A stretch of DNA of 52,829 nt, taken from contig LVLI01000020.1 in assembly GCA_001687465.1 (NCBI GenBank), positions 124,001-176,829 of the forward strand, read 5' to 3'. Under the pieces are notes generated by a model. It ran no database searches. It worked only from the letters and a program-made list of their open reading frames with translations, and was not told where the DNA came from. Source of the DNA: Halocafeteria seosinensis (taxonomy: Eukaryota). Position numbers and translations under genes: made by a program. Below are positions 1 through 13,151 of the stretch, in pieces (the stretch's first letter is position 1; every line of letters starts with the position of its first letter).

Positions 1-513
1 TTTTTTGTTTACATCCACAAGCCCAGCCCATCAACAACCTACTCGCTCTTGCAACGTGGTTTCCAAGGATTGTATCCGGTATTCATTGATTTCGTGTAGT
101 TCTTTCTCCTTTTGCACTATTAACGACCGTAAAGTGTCCTTTTGGTTCCCACTTCCCGTCTCTCGACCACCACGGCCAGACGCAGACGAGCTCGTAGACC
201 CTTGGTAGGGCTGCAATAAGTGACTCAACCCACTCGAAGTGGCCTCATAATGGTAAGAAGGAGCCTGAAAAGCCTGCTGAGACTGGGACGAGGTGCCCGG
301 AGGGGAGACAGATCGATTTTCCTCCCTGCCGGGGCCTATTTCGTCCCTCCAATGGCGTCCTGAAGGCACAGAGGAGGTGGGACTTGATCTCTGTCTCCCT
401 GTGAGGGGTGTAGAATGTGTATGGGAGCCGTAATAGGGGTCTGATGGAGCAGTTTGGTCCTCGCCCCCCTCCGCCTCCTGTCTTCGAGGAGGCGTATTGG
501 CTGATACAGACAT
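1..513 (-). CDS. 5' exon of a coiled-coil protein, CCDC57-like; gene runs off the window start
   Basis: ATG at 513, low-complexity N-terminus, then LRSLIVQKEKELHEINEYRIQSLETTLQER followed by a GTAGGT donor at ~42; this heptad segment resembles the CCDC57 N-terminus. Confidence 0.45.
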
Positions 514-1815
514 CGTTTGGCTATACCAATACCCACATTTTCATATTTAGAGTGTAATGCACCTACTATGAGCAAAGAAACAATATCCATCGATGGACCA
601 TGAATAACGGGAGCATCAAAAATGACCGTTAACTCGACTCGAGTTGGTTGTTTGAATTGGTGAATGAACTCAACTTAATTCATTCATGCGTTCATTCATT
701 CAGCAAGATGGAAGGTACGTAAGCTATACCGCGGGGGGTAATTGTAACACTGATGCGCAGAGTGACCTCCCATACTGTATATACCATATGGTTATGGGCG
801 TCTTACTGTATTTGAATCTACTGTACGGTCCACGGAGGCATCAGGCATGTTGTGCCCTGTACATACAAGACAGTATGTCTATTAGGATGCAATGCACAAA
901 GTGGACAATATTGAGAAAAAGGTGCAATTCCAGTCCACTGAGTTCACTGGACACAACTCTCGAGTCTCGGAGGGGGGAGTCGGGACTCGGGAAAGGTTCC
1001 CAGAGGTTCCGATTCGAACTTCCCCCGTGTGTGGGACCCGATGGGTACAGACTGTACAGTGTACAGCACTGTGTCCAGTAGAGTTCGATTCCTTACGAAG
1101 GATTGGCTCGGAGGAAGAGTTGTAACTGTTTACATACTTCTGCTTGTGCAGAACGCACCGCCGAGGTGGTGGATCAAGGCGTCGTTATTGTCCCGAGTAA
1201 ATTTCTGAGGGAAAGGAGATTTTCGGAATTCGGAATTTCCCGACGGTTATCCACGATCAACAACGGAGAAGCATTGGTCGTAAGTACATATCGATATAAC
1301 AAATCGCAAACTAACTGTATTTGATTCCGTGTCTCCCTACCATCATCTGTTCGGCTGATTCGGGAAGATGAGGTTGTGTGTTTTCCTTGTTCACCGAAGG
1401 TTCCGATGGGCTACCTAACAACGCAACTGCATTCCAGTTGAATCCTACCCCACTGTATACCGTAACTCCCGGTACGAGAAATGTTAATTTTCATGCTGTA
1501 CATCAGTGATTTTACCAGGGACCCATTTTGATTCCAGAAATATGGAGTATATTGCACATCCAATTATCCTACTACGGTACCCTAAAAAGACAAATGCCTA
1601 TACCCAAAAGATGCATATCAAACAGAGGCAGCTTTGGTGGGATACACTGCGTTCAAGTCTTGTCTAGACGGTGATGCCGGGCTGTCTACGAACGGGCTTG
1701 TCCCCCGCATAATTCCCGGTCTCGACCTAACCCGGTAGCTTTCGTTTCGCATCGGACCGAGAAAATCTCAACGGAGGAAGCTGACCCCGACGATACCAAA
1801 GAACAGACGGGAGAT

Positions 1816-2600
1816 TTGCAGGAGCAAGTAAAGGAAGTAACACGACAATGGAAGGTATCAGCACAAATGACTTCGAAACTTTGGTCAATGGAAGGGCGAC
1901 TTGGACAGCTGGAGAGACACAGATCGACGGAGCTAGAAGAAATTTCGACTCGACTCAAGTTAGACGGACCGTCGTCAAAGCAAGTCGAGGAGCTTGACCA
2001 ACGACTGAAGAGCTTGGAAGCTAAGTTCCAGGAACAACTTGGTGTTGACAAGCGAGAAGAGCTCGAAGACGTGCTGGAGCGAGTCAACCAGCTGGAAGCA
2101 CAAACAGTTAACGGGATAGAAGACGTTTGCAACAAGTGGAAGGTCAAAGAACCGAGGAGAGACTGAATAGTTTGGAAAGCCATGAGACTGAAGCACGAGC
2201 AGCGATGAAGATGAAGAAGAAGAGGAGTTTTCCGTTCAACGTTTTGAGTTTCAGAACGACGTGCACCGAGTGAAGACCATGATCAACCAGCACTTCGGGG
2301 GAAAACACATTCATAACAACTCCCGTCGTCCTTCCTTTTTCTCTACAAAATTTCCAAGCAAGGCAGATAAACTCAGGGGCAGTGTTCGGCAACCCACGAC
2401 GGTCACTGGGCAACAATTCTACAATTTTGAATTTTTGCAGGTCTAGTCGACATCACCTTTTCAACAGTTCGTCAGTGTTTCCCCTATACTGACCCCTGAG
2501 GAAAATACGGGCGCATGATGGGATGATATAATATTGACATGAGTGAACAACAAATGTTTCCATTTTGTCTGTGTAATCCTCATTTGTGGTTCCGTAATTA
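1816..2600 (+). mobile_element. possible degenerate LTR-retrotransposon gag remnant
   Basis: Intronless coiled-coil ORF (1816-2166) followed by broken frames with gag-like fragments (PSFFSTKFPSK; MFPFCLCNPHLWF). No clear LTR pair, PBS or pol seen. Confidence 0.25.
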
Positions 2601-2990
2601 TTAAAAGAGCGAGAGACTACGCTTCGACACGTTACCACTCCGGGCAACGTTACTTCTTTTCCAACCGAATGTTAGTGACGCGTGCGACCTTGTAATGTTA
2701 TGACGGCCATTTGGAGAGCTAGCGAGGGTCAGGGGATACACACGTGCAAAGACACCGGTTGCCTCTGGAGGCCTTTTTTACCGTTAGCAGATAAAATAAC
2801 GCGTTGTTTTGATGCGCGAGCAGTCATGCACCCGACTGCTATGTCCCGAGCAAGTGCATATTTCTTCATATCCGCGGCGAGCGGCTCTTGCGAGCGCCGA
2901 TTCGCCACATCCATTCGGCGCAATGGTGTTTCTGTAGTTCCGCTGAGGTTGGGGATAACGTCTGAAGCACGGTTGCCCTGCAGGGAAATC

Positions 2991-5518
2991 CTAGCTCCCC
3001 GGGTTATCCTCGTTAGCATCCAACGGACGCACGCTTGAGTCATCTTCTTTAGGATAACGAGGAGACTGCATCTCGCCCAAAGATAAGCGGGCAAAGCTTC
3101 TGTAAGATTGAGAATCCGGTGACAGTACGTTCGGAATAGACGAGGAGCCAATGCTAGGTCTAGCGTGTGTTTCCGTGCTCAACCGGAAGGGTGCATCAGC
3201 TCTTAACCTGTTCCCGAGGGGCCGATGCTTCGATCCGCTTTGCTGGGATTCGGCTACTTCATTCGCGGCAGCCATCCCACTAAACTCCATTCCCGCAGAA
3301 AGTACCGGTTGCTCGGAGGTGTCCTTGTATGAACCAGCGTATGCGCTACTAGTGTTTGCCATGAATCGATGCCATTGAGGGGGAGCTCCGGCGCCCAACA
3401 ATCCTGGTCGGCTAGAACGAGCGGGGTCTGACGTGGTAGACACCCGTTGACTGTTGTTTCGCGTTGCTGGTAAATTCTGGAGGGGAGAGGCGCCTCCTCT
3501 GTGATCTTTGGGGATACTGTCTCCATCAGACGCATACATTGAGGACGTTTTCTTAATAGTGGATGGAGTGAATGGTTCTGTCCGTGGGTCCAAGGATGAC
3601 ATCCTTCCACTGGTGCTCCCCGGGCCTCGGAAGGATGCCACCGATCGACGAAGAGCAGTTTGTGTTGTGGGAGAGGGTTGTAGTCGAGTCATGAACTTCA
3701 CTGGAGATTGTCTGCCTACGTTACGTACATAAGTTTCCCAAGTCCTCCTTGTATGCTGCTGATCCGCTGGAGCATGCCAGTCAATATGCGATGTTAGACC
3801 TTCTCTCCTTAGATTCGAAGGAACATCAAAAGGACCATGGTGGTCTAAAGAGCACGTACAGTTATACACAGATCCACGATGTATAGACTCCAGTATGCCC
3901 TCCAAATCACAGGAGCGAACCTCCAAGAAGGGATGCTGCAACGCCTGTTTGGCGGACACCCTTTGTCTCGGATCCGGATGTAGCATCTTCTGTAATAGAT
4001 CAATGAGCAACAGACGAGCTCGCCACTCATGCTTATGCTGGATGTTCTCCACAACGCTTGGATCCCCACAAGAAAGTCGTTTAGTCTCTGGTGAGGACGA
4101 TGGTTCAGCACTCTCGGCTTGCTCGTTACTGTGTGTTTGGCCGTGTAGTCCATGATTAATTCTTTCACTTAATCGTTCAGGCGTGAAACCGTGGCGTCTA
4201 TCATACTTCAGAACCAAATCTATCAAGGATCCGAAATGTAGATAATCGAAGCATCGATACCGTCCATGTTGCCTCAAAGCTACAACTGCTCGGGCAGCAG
4301 CTTTGGCTTGTGGATTACCACCATAATCCAAACCTTGAATGTACTTAATATATTCCTCATGGGATCTAATCGCATACGAAAACGCAGCCCCATCGGAAAA
4401 AGACGAGTCGTGTACCCTGTGTTGTCGAAAAAAATGCCGAGTCTCACGTCCAGCGTCTAACACCCACTGTGGCGGATTCCCCAGAACACTAACTATTCTG
4501 TAAAGCTGATCATGAGTGTCACAGCCAGGAAACAGCGGAAGTCCCAGAAACATTTCAGCGGTTACGCAACCGAGAGACCAAATATCAACACCAGAGTCAT
4601 AATAGCAGCCAAGTAACACTTCGGGAGCCCTGTAATATCTCGATTGGATATACGGATAGGCAGTTGTTCCTTCTCTAAAGGCCGATCCAAAGTCAATCAA
4701 TTTGCAATTCAATGACGTAACATCAATACCTCCGCATTTCCCCCCTAATATTGGTCCTTTAAACATTATATTTTCAGGCTTTACATCCGCGTGTACCATA
4801 CCTGCTTCTGTCATAGAATCCAAGGCGATCAGTACCCGCCGTAAGACCTGCTGAATGGCTAACAAAGGCAGTCCTATAAATTTACGCTGCACTATGACAT
4901 CATAAAGTGAGGACCCTAGCATTTCAAACGCGATACATAAGTGACCATGGTACTCAAAATGATCATGAAGCGCCACAATTGTGTCGTGAGGGGATACCGT
5001 TGCATCGGCCGTAGACTCGTGGATTTCCTGTTTTGTCTTTGATCGATTGTGGAGCTGCAGGACACAAAGATCACTATTGCCATTCATTACACCAAAATTA
5101 CGCAACCCGTGGTACTTTTTGGAGTACACTTACAGTTCTGAGAACCTGGACTTCCAGGCCGCCGTGTGAGAAGTGGGCCGGGTCGCTTTTTATTATTTTG
5201 ACCGCTACTCGCGCACCCAAGGTAGATGAAAAGCATTCCACTACCTGACCGAATGTTCCCTTGCCAGCTAAACGAAGCACTTGGTACCTGTATAACACGT
5301 AATCAATGAAAAACGAACGTGAATGAAGATACTTCTGGTCAAAAAATGCCGTACCTGTGCCCTGTACGCGATGAAATCAGCTCATCGTGCTGTTTCAGTA
5401 TAAGGTCACCCTCCACATTGTCGTAACAGTACTCGTATGCAGGTTCTGGGGGACTTGTAATCACTGTATGAACAGAATGCTTGGAGCGCAGCTGGCTGGA
5501 CCCCCCGCTGGAGTCCAT
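2991..5518 (-). CDS. YAK1: YAK1/DYRK-family dual-specificity protein kinase (3 exons)
   Basis: Spliced reading gives MDSS...DNVEGDLIL...RYQVLRLAGKGTFGQV, VAVKIIK, HADVKPEN, DFG and YPYIQSRYYRAPE (YxY activation loop). GT-AG introns at ~5354-5289 and ~5133-5055. Confidence 0.9.
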
Positions 5519-6879
5519 TGCCCCTCTTCAAGCTCCTTTTTCACACCCTTTACGCATACACTGTCCACTCCCAATAGACTCAATCGATATAAAATTGAAC
5601 ACTGCATCCAATGGAGTGAAATGTAGAGCCGTAAATGCTCTAGATAATGAGATATAGAGCTCTCAATAAAGTCTGACTATCTCCCTATTTCGGCTCAATG
5701 GGGCTCTTTTTCTCCGTCTCTGCGCCGCCACAACATCCTTACAGCTCCATACAAGCGGGGCAAAACATAAAAGTGTACTATACATGGACAATCCTGGGCT
5801 CTAAAGAAGTGTAAAGAGCCTTGGACCTGAGCAGGGGAAAAGAGTCGGAAATCTAGCCGGTCCACCAGGAGCCAGTCCCCTGGGACAGCTGTGCGTTGAG
5901 CCCACATGCCGCCCAAGGAAGCGATTGGAGGAGCACCACAGACAGATGTGGAGCTGCCGCACTCTGCAGGAACAAAGAGGGAGACTGGGAACAAACTGGG
6001 CTTGTGTGTAGCAGCAACCTGCAATTCCGAGTGACTTGTCACCAAGTACGTGTACCAGCTGTGGGCGCAAAGAAACTGACGGCAAGCTCAAACAGAATAC
6101 ACCTGTATCCACTTTCTAAAAGTAAAGAACGTCGATGGCATGTGCAACAGAGCGCTTCATGAGACGCAACTGCTTTGAAAGTAATGCACTAGACGCAAGG
6201 AGCAGCACGGGATTGTGTACAGTACGTGGATGCGGTGCGGGGTGCTGAGTTGGCCAACGATCAAGATTCGTGGACTTCACAAAGAGCACGCTATTAAGAA
6301 GGATCCGGAGTCCTACATACAAAGACTGGGGTCATTCCGTATTAGGATCTATGATAAAGCGGAAAGTGGTTTATAGTGGACAACTCGCAGCCGGAAGTTG
6401 TTCTGGAAGAGGTTGGGGAGCTCACCCAAGCACCCCCTAGTCTCAAATGTAGTCCCAGCTCCCTCTTTAACACCATTATTATTTGAGATTTTCGGATACT
6501 TCTGTTACTTAGCATACGGACACCCAACCGCGACGTCGAACCTCTCGCTTTCCTGTCTACACCTCCCTGGACATGTTACCTGTGTACTGAAAGCCTCAGT
6601 CAACGGTGATGGATGTGACAGACACATTCAGAACATCCTGTGTGTATTGCACGCACACTCTGAAGCATTTGGATGCTAACACAAGTGCCATCTGTATACG
6701 CTTGTCTTCCGCAACAGCAAAGGAGAAATTGTTGCTGGTGTTGCCCAATGGCCACCCACATCCGCGCTGATGACTCATTGACAGCATACACTGTACTCGA
6801 ATTGCTGGGCCTGTTGTATGAGAGTTCTATCGTATTCCAAAGATGCGTTTTCGAGGATAAGGAATGTCATCTTCGTTGG

Positions 6880-8305
6880 TGTCGAGTATTGAGCTAACAA
6901 TGACCGAGGACTGGCTGATTTGGATACCTCTGGAGGAGGAACTTGAGGGAGCCTGGAAGTTATGTACACCCTTGCGAAAATTGTGTTCCTCCGGCCCGGG
7001 GCACCTGGCTCCGGAAAGTCCGATTGACTATTCGCTCATCCTTATGCAACCTACAGTTAACTTTCGGATTTGCAATTCGCGGGTAGGAGGCATAATTGAA
7101 TGACGGTGTACGTGAGAATCCAGTCTCGTTAAATTCTTCCCGACTGTTTCATGGTTCTGTGCATTGCCTCGTCAAGCAGGATAGACAGTCAGTTTCGCCA
7201 ATTCGATGTGGGGATGTATTCAACTGCTGAATCTATTGCATATGTCAGTGACACAGGCGGCATTCCAAAGTGTACAAGTGTCCCCTGAGAAGATCGGCTC
7301 CTCGTTTCGAGCTGCAGTGGACCTGAGTGTTCGGGCTGAGTCTCAGCGTTACGCTGTATTGCAAATATTGGCAATAGTTGTTTTGGCAATTTTCGTTTTC
7401 GGGTATCCATTACTGTTAACCCTGTTTTTGTACAGACGATATCGTCAGCTAACCACTCCGGCTAGAGCATTCCAGTTTTGGAAACTCTCAGGTGGATATC
7501 GACTACATTCGTACGGTTTCCTCCGGGACAACTTCGTAATGGGGAGAAAGTTTGCTTGATTAGTATATCGGTTTGGTATTCGTCCCTGCTTGGACAGTTC
7601 GCACTGACGGCAAGTGTCTTGCTCTTGTCGTTTATCGGACTGTTGTTGTTGACGCCATTCTACCAGGTACCGGTCAAGTATCTTCCAATGGGAATGATTT
7701 CCACGTGTCTTCTCAATTCTGCCCTTGGCATAGTCCGATGGGAGGTGGCTCTATCAGAGTCTCTAAATATCACCACTACGTTCTTGTCTCCTGAATTTCT
7801 TAATCGCGTGGTACTTGCTATACAAGCAGCATTCGCACCATTGACTGCTGTAGTTCTACTGTACCTTTCTCCACAGACAGGAAGGGCAGCAAGAGGTGTA
7901 GCGCGGGAACTATTGCAAAAGAGGCGAAAAGCTAAACAAAATATCAATGAGTGCGACGAGCCAATACCATCTTTCCACAAAACCCCACTGGAAGTCTCTT
8001 CTATTGAGCACCCTCGTGTGAGGACCGGAGCTTCCTTGCAGCTGCAGCACAGTTTGGGGCAGCAGTCTGGTATAGCGTTATCTAAGGGCCACAAAACCAA
8101 AACTGTGTTGGAAAGAGGAGCGTGTGCAAGTGTCTCTAAGAACTTCGCCCCTGAAGTTAAAGATGCCCAAGGCAACGGACACGCCAACCCGCTTGTTTCA
8201 CCGTTGGCGCTGTCGGCATATCGACAAGACGTACGTCCAGCAGGTATGCATCATAAACCGATTAAGACCCGCCCACGCAGAAGAAGAGTTCGCCAGTCAG
8301 AGTAG
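6880..8305 (+). pseudogene. frameshifted multi-pass membrane protein of unknown function; 5' extent unclear
   Basis: Hydrophobic segments are spread over different frames (VMYTLAKIVF / GPGHLAPESP; LAIFVFGYPLLL...LSGGYRLHSYGF...MGRKF / LISISVWY...). Frame changes at ~6989 and ~7555 without convincing introns. Confidence 0.5.
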
Positions 8306-9459
8306 CAGATTCTGCGAGTTAGCGGGTACTCCCTGCTGTCACTGTGGTGTACACGAGGGGTCCATGGGACATATGGCAGGTTGTCGGAGAGTTCGTTGTG
8401 GCAGCAGAAATTACTGCAATGAGCCAAACAGCTTGCACTGTTTATCGATCGCACACGGAGTATAGGAATCCAAGTTCCATTGAGTTCGATTCCGTTGCCT
8501 TCAAAGTTCAAAGGGCAAGTGATAATTTCACTGAAGCCTTTTCACCTAACCCGTGCGCATTTGAAACTGTAGTCTGACAAGTATCGTAGTCAAGGGCTAT
8601 ACCACACGGCAAGAACCGAACAAAATGGCCATTCGGCGAACTAGTTGTTCTGCGGCACAAAAGCAGCCGCGCCAGCATGTAGCTCCCATCGCCACATTTG
8701 CGCATTCGAGTCTCTAAGTCTCCGCGTTTACAAGGTACCTTAACAGTTCCACCCCCAGTCCTTCCTATCGCTACCTTTCCGTTTTAGTCCTACGGATACG
8801 ATGAAACTGCATGCTGTGCCCTCGTCGAAACACAGATAAACTCCGGCTTTAAGAACTGAATGGAGGGACGTAATGAATAAGCCGGACAGCCGTGTTGCCA
8901 CCACAGGAAGGCACTGGCATTGGTTCTGACTGCTGGTTGCTGCTACCTTCGGCCTCGCTTCCTCCTGATCCTTCACTATAGTCTGGGCTCTTTCTAGCAG
9001 CTTCTACAGATGAATCAACATTGCCTTGTCTGAGGGGGTCATTGAGGTGCTTCTTTCCCCAGATATCGATTCTCCCTAGGCCTCGTCGTCGTAGACCGAA
9101 AAGAGGAGGTTTTCATGGCAATTCTAGAGTAACTGGGATCCGCAGCCATCTTGCGAAGAAATTACGCTAAATTCCTCAACCTCATCTCAAAAAGCCAACC
9201 GTCCATCTTTCATTCAAAGTCTTCCAACTTTCAAAGTGTCCCGTTGGAGGCGACGAAATGATTGCTATGTTCGGGGAGAAGTTGATCCACTAGGTATGGT
9301 TGAAGTGGACGGGTGAATAATCCAGACCGAGGGGGTTGTTCTACAGACTTTGACGTGGGATCCTGAAGCGCATACTGAGCGGACTGTCAAACAGTTTGCA
9401 CTGTTTTATTCGTCGTTTCGTTGCGCATCTAATAAGGTGAAGAAATCTACTATAGGAAA

Positions 9460-10633
9460 ATGGCATCGACGGAAACAAATGGAGCACAGGTCAATGGCTC
9501 CCCGAGCAAGAAGCAGAAGACCACCGACGAAGCGAGTATGTTGGACCAACTGCGTGAAATCACTACCGTTGTTGCGGACACGGGGGAGCTCGAGATGATC
9601 AAAAAATACAAGCCGACCGAGTAAGTGGCGCCAGTAAACTACGTAGAAGTCGATGTGAGGGCATACACGCGTTCTCTGCTTTGTTCTCCAGCGCCACCAC
9701 CAATCCCTCCTTACTCAATAAAGCTTCTCGTATGGACGAATACAAGCATCTCGTCGATGACGCTTTGGAGTACGGCAAGAAATACAGCTGCGGGACGGAG
9801 CAGGACAAACTCGACCTCGTCATCGACAAACTGGCGGTCAATTTTGGGTGCGAGATCCTCAAGATCGTCCCCGGTTATGTTTCCACGGAAGTCGACGCTC
9901 GACTCTCGTATGACGTGGGAGGCAGTCTAAAACGTGCTCGCCGCATCATTGAGCTCTACGAAAAGGCGGGTGTCAGTCGAGACAGAATTCTCATCAAACT
10001 TGCTTCCACCTGGGAAGGATGCCAGGCGGCCCAACAGCTCCAGAAAGAGGGAATCAGTTGCAATATGACCTTGCTTTTCTGCTTTGAGCAAGCAGTGGCA
10101 GCTGCTAACGCTGGAGCTACTTTGATCTCTCCGTTTGTGGGGCGCATTATGGATTGGTACAGCAAGGCTTACGGAAAGACCTATTCCGCCGAAGAGGATC
10201 CTGGTGTAAAGAATGTTACCGAAATATATAACTACTACAAACAGAACGGGTTTAAGACTATTGTCATGGGCGCAAGCTTCCGCAACACGGGAGAGATCAT
10301 GGAATTGGCAGGATGTGACCGTCTTACCATTTCTCCTCAGCTTCTTGAAGAACTCAAGTCGACAAAGTAAGTTTTCGATGTCCATTAGATATGTGTAGCT
10401 CTACCACATTCCACAAATATGGATTCCTCACTTTGACTCACAGCAAGCCCGTTGTTCGGAAACTGGATCCCAAGACGGCAAAGAGCAGTCGAAGTAAAGA
10501 GGGAATCGACGAACAGACTTTCCGTTTCAAGGTTAATGACGATCCCATGGCCTACGAAAAACTTGGAGAGGGTATTCGCAAGTTTTCTGAGGACATCCGG
10601 AAACTTGAAGACTATCTTCGGGAAAAATTGTAA
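9460..10633 (+). CDS. TAL1: transaldolase (3 exons)
   Basis: [60 protein letters not shown]. Introns 9621-9691 and 10367-10443. Confidence 0.97.
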
Positions 10634-10696
10634 CTCCCGTTGTATGGGTTCTGCAATTTTGGTATCAAGTGTCCGCTTGATTCTATATTTCCTATG

Positions 10697-12891
10697 TTAT
10701 ACAGTATTCGATTCCCCAGTATCCGCATCGGTAAACCTACTCCCATGATCCACATCGGTAAATTTGACTACGTTACCGTCTGCTAAGTGTACCGGTATCG
10801 TATTTGTCTCGTTAACATAATTAGGTACGCGACGGTACTCTGCGTTTCGACCGAGATACCTTCTATACGCAATAAAAGCAAGCACAACAACCATTATCAC
10901 GAGGATCACCAATGCGCCTACGGGGGACGCAGATTTTGGAGGTACCGGAGATGGCCCAGGGCGAGGGGTTCCGTTCCTGTGCTTGCCGGATTCGCGTTTT
11001 GTAGTTTCTTCTTTTTCCGTATCAGTTGTTTTCTCGCCGCCTCCTAGGTCCTTTTTGTCTGCCTCCGACTGATCTCCCTTCGTATGTTCACTAGAGCCGT
11101 GATCACTTCCAGTTGTGCTGCTGGGTGTAGCTTCGCCGCTACCAGTGCCATTTTCACTTTGTTCCGAAGTATTCTCTCCTTCCGATTCATTCGTTTTAGT
11201 GTGGGTGTCTTCCTGGGCACTCGGCCTTTCATTTGCCTCGTTATCCTCGTCCGGTATGTCTGGTAAAGGGGTAACTCTTCCGTGTTCGCTGGGGGAGGGT
11301 GGTTCGCACTTAGCAGGGGCTACACCAAGTTTCCCTTTTTCCAGATCAAAGACGTAATCATGACCCATCATGGCGTTCGCTCCTAGAAGCACTCGATTCG
11401 AACCTCCGGGATAAATAGCCAGACAGTACGCTTTGTAGTGTTCGTCCCATACCATATTTACAAAGAGATTTCGTGGAGCAATGGTTACGGTTACTCCGTC
11501 TTTGAGGCCAATTGTAACTGAGGGAAATGAATCCAGAGCACTCTCTGTTTTGAGTTTATAGCACAAACTCTCTTGCGGCATTTTCACCGAAGCTGCAGGC
11601 AAATAATTGGCCAGTGAAAGTCTATGAATTACTGTCCCTGGCACTTGAACTTACAGGAGTCTACACATCTGTGGCCGGTCTTGCATACACGTTCTACTGT
11701 TCCTTTCAACTTATCAAACGCGGAGCGGGGTATCATCGTAAAAGTTGTCCCGCTGTCTACGATTGCTGGAAGTTTCTTGTCGAGGATTCGTGCCCCTTCC
11801 ATATTAATCGAGGTAACGTCCACGTTATACGAATTGGAATGCTGCATGGACGTCCACTTCAAGTCCTCCCTGTGCAAGCCCATATTCGGTCCACCAAGAC
11901 GTAAAGCACCTCCGTTAAAGTCTAAACACATTGCAAATTGCCCATTATCGAGCTTCTTTTTCTTCCGTAAAGCTGATATGTAACTTGGAGACCGGTTTGC
12001 CATTCCTAGGATTCCGTCTGCGAGTTGCTCATTAAAGAGCCTGCCACGCTCAACTGTGTGGCATCCAAAGACATAATCGATCGAATACTTTTCTTGGTCC
12101 CCGTCTAAAGTATCGGAAAAGTCCAGAAAAGCTTTGTCTCTGTACAGCAAACCAGCTAGATGGCTTCCTTCGGAATATCCCTGCACCAAGACTTTGCCAT
12201 TTCTTTCGCGTACACTACGAGTAGCGCATCGGAGCAGTCATACCTGACTGTAAGAGCATTGCTTCGCTTTAGAATCACATGGTTTGCCGCCACAATCTGG
12301 ATCACTGCATGAGACTTTGTCACTAGTGGAGCTCTTGGAGGGATCATATCTGTGCCCTTCATGTTTACCACACGTCGGACATCTGCAACCCAAACAATAT
12401 ATCAGGGGAGTATTTAAGCATCAGAGGCGCCGGGCAATATCACTCACTCTTTGCAGGGGAACGCCATTAGACTACTCCCAGTGTCCACGATGACGGAAAA
12501 TTTCATCGGTGGAGTTCCAACCCAAGCATCCGTGTAGAAGTACCTGCAATCACCTCTCCAGACGGTGAGCCGATGCGACGCAACTGATAGAACTAAGAAC
12601 GTACGCGAGCTCTTTAAAAGGCCCCATTATGGGCACATCTTCCTGAAATAAGTACCGGAATTTCTCGCGTTGTTGCTGCATCTGTAGCTCGTTGTTCATT
12701 CAACAGGTGCAAAAAAAGAAAATGACAATGACATTCTCCAACAGCACGTACTAGTAGGTCCGCACTGCTATTGGCATCGAAGCGCTCTAGATCTGCTGAT
12801 GGTGATGTCCTATGGAACTGAAGGGGGAAGACATGAGCGGGTGGGGTTCTGTGTTTGTACAGGGGAGGCAGAAGGGGAGCGAACTGTCCAT
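10697..12891 (-). CDS. A1 (pepsin-like) aspartic protease with C-terminal TM anchor, plasmepsin V-like architecture; multi-exon, start uncertain
   Basis: VIVDTGSS and AIVDSGTT catalytic motifs, YSEGS, FGCH, ADGILG, LLGANAM..HDYVFD; acidic linker then TM helix VGALVILVIMVVVLAFIAY. A GTAAGT..CTGCAG intron at ~11654-11593 joins the two ORF-track pieces. Confidence 0.9.
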
Positions 12892-13151
12892 TCCGTGCGG
12901 AAACGGGAGGCGTTTACTTCAACTTCAACCGCAAGGTCCTGGAAGCTGGAGCCTCAGGCTGGAGGTTTGTGGCAGTTCTTTTGGATGGTTAATCAAGGCT
13001 TTACCACGGTATATTGCATCGGAAATGTTTTATGAGTTTGAATAAATGGAATAATTAAGCTACCGTGTCTTTGAAGGGGAGAAATACGTAGTATCCGCGG
13101 TTTACACAGGCTAAACGGGGACATCCGACGCATACAAAGTTACTAGGGCTG

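Noticed and set aside
1075..1100. GTTCGATTCC T-loop-like motif (also at ~8484)
   Set aside because: No acceptor, D or anticodon stems can be built around it; not a tRNA
8500..9200. Short minus-strand ORFs upstream of transaldolase
   Set aside because: Short, interrupted by stops in all frames, no recognisable product
11593..11654. Apparent frameshift in the aspartic protease (and in the kinase at ~5055-5133)
   Set aside because: Explained by canonical GTAAGT...CTGCAG introns
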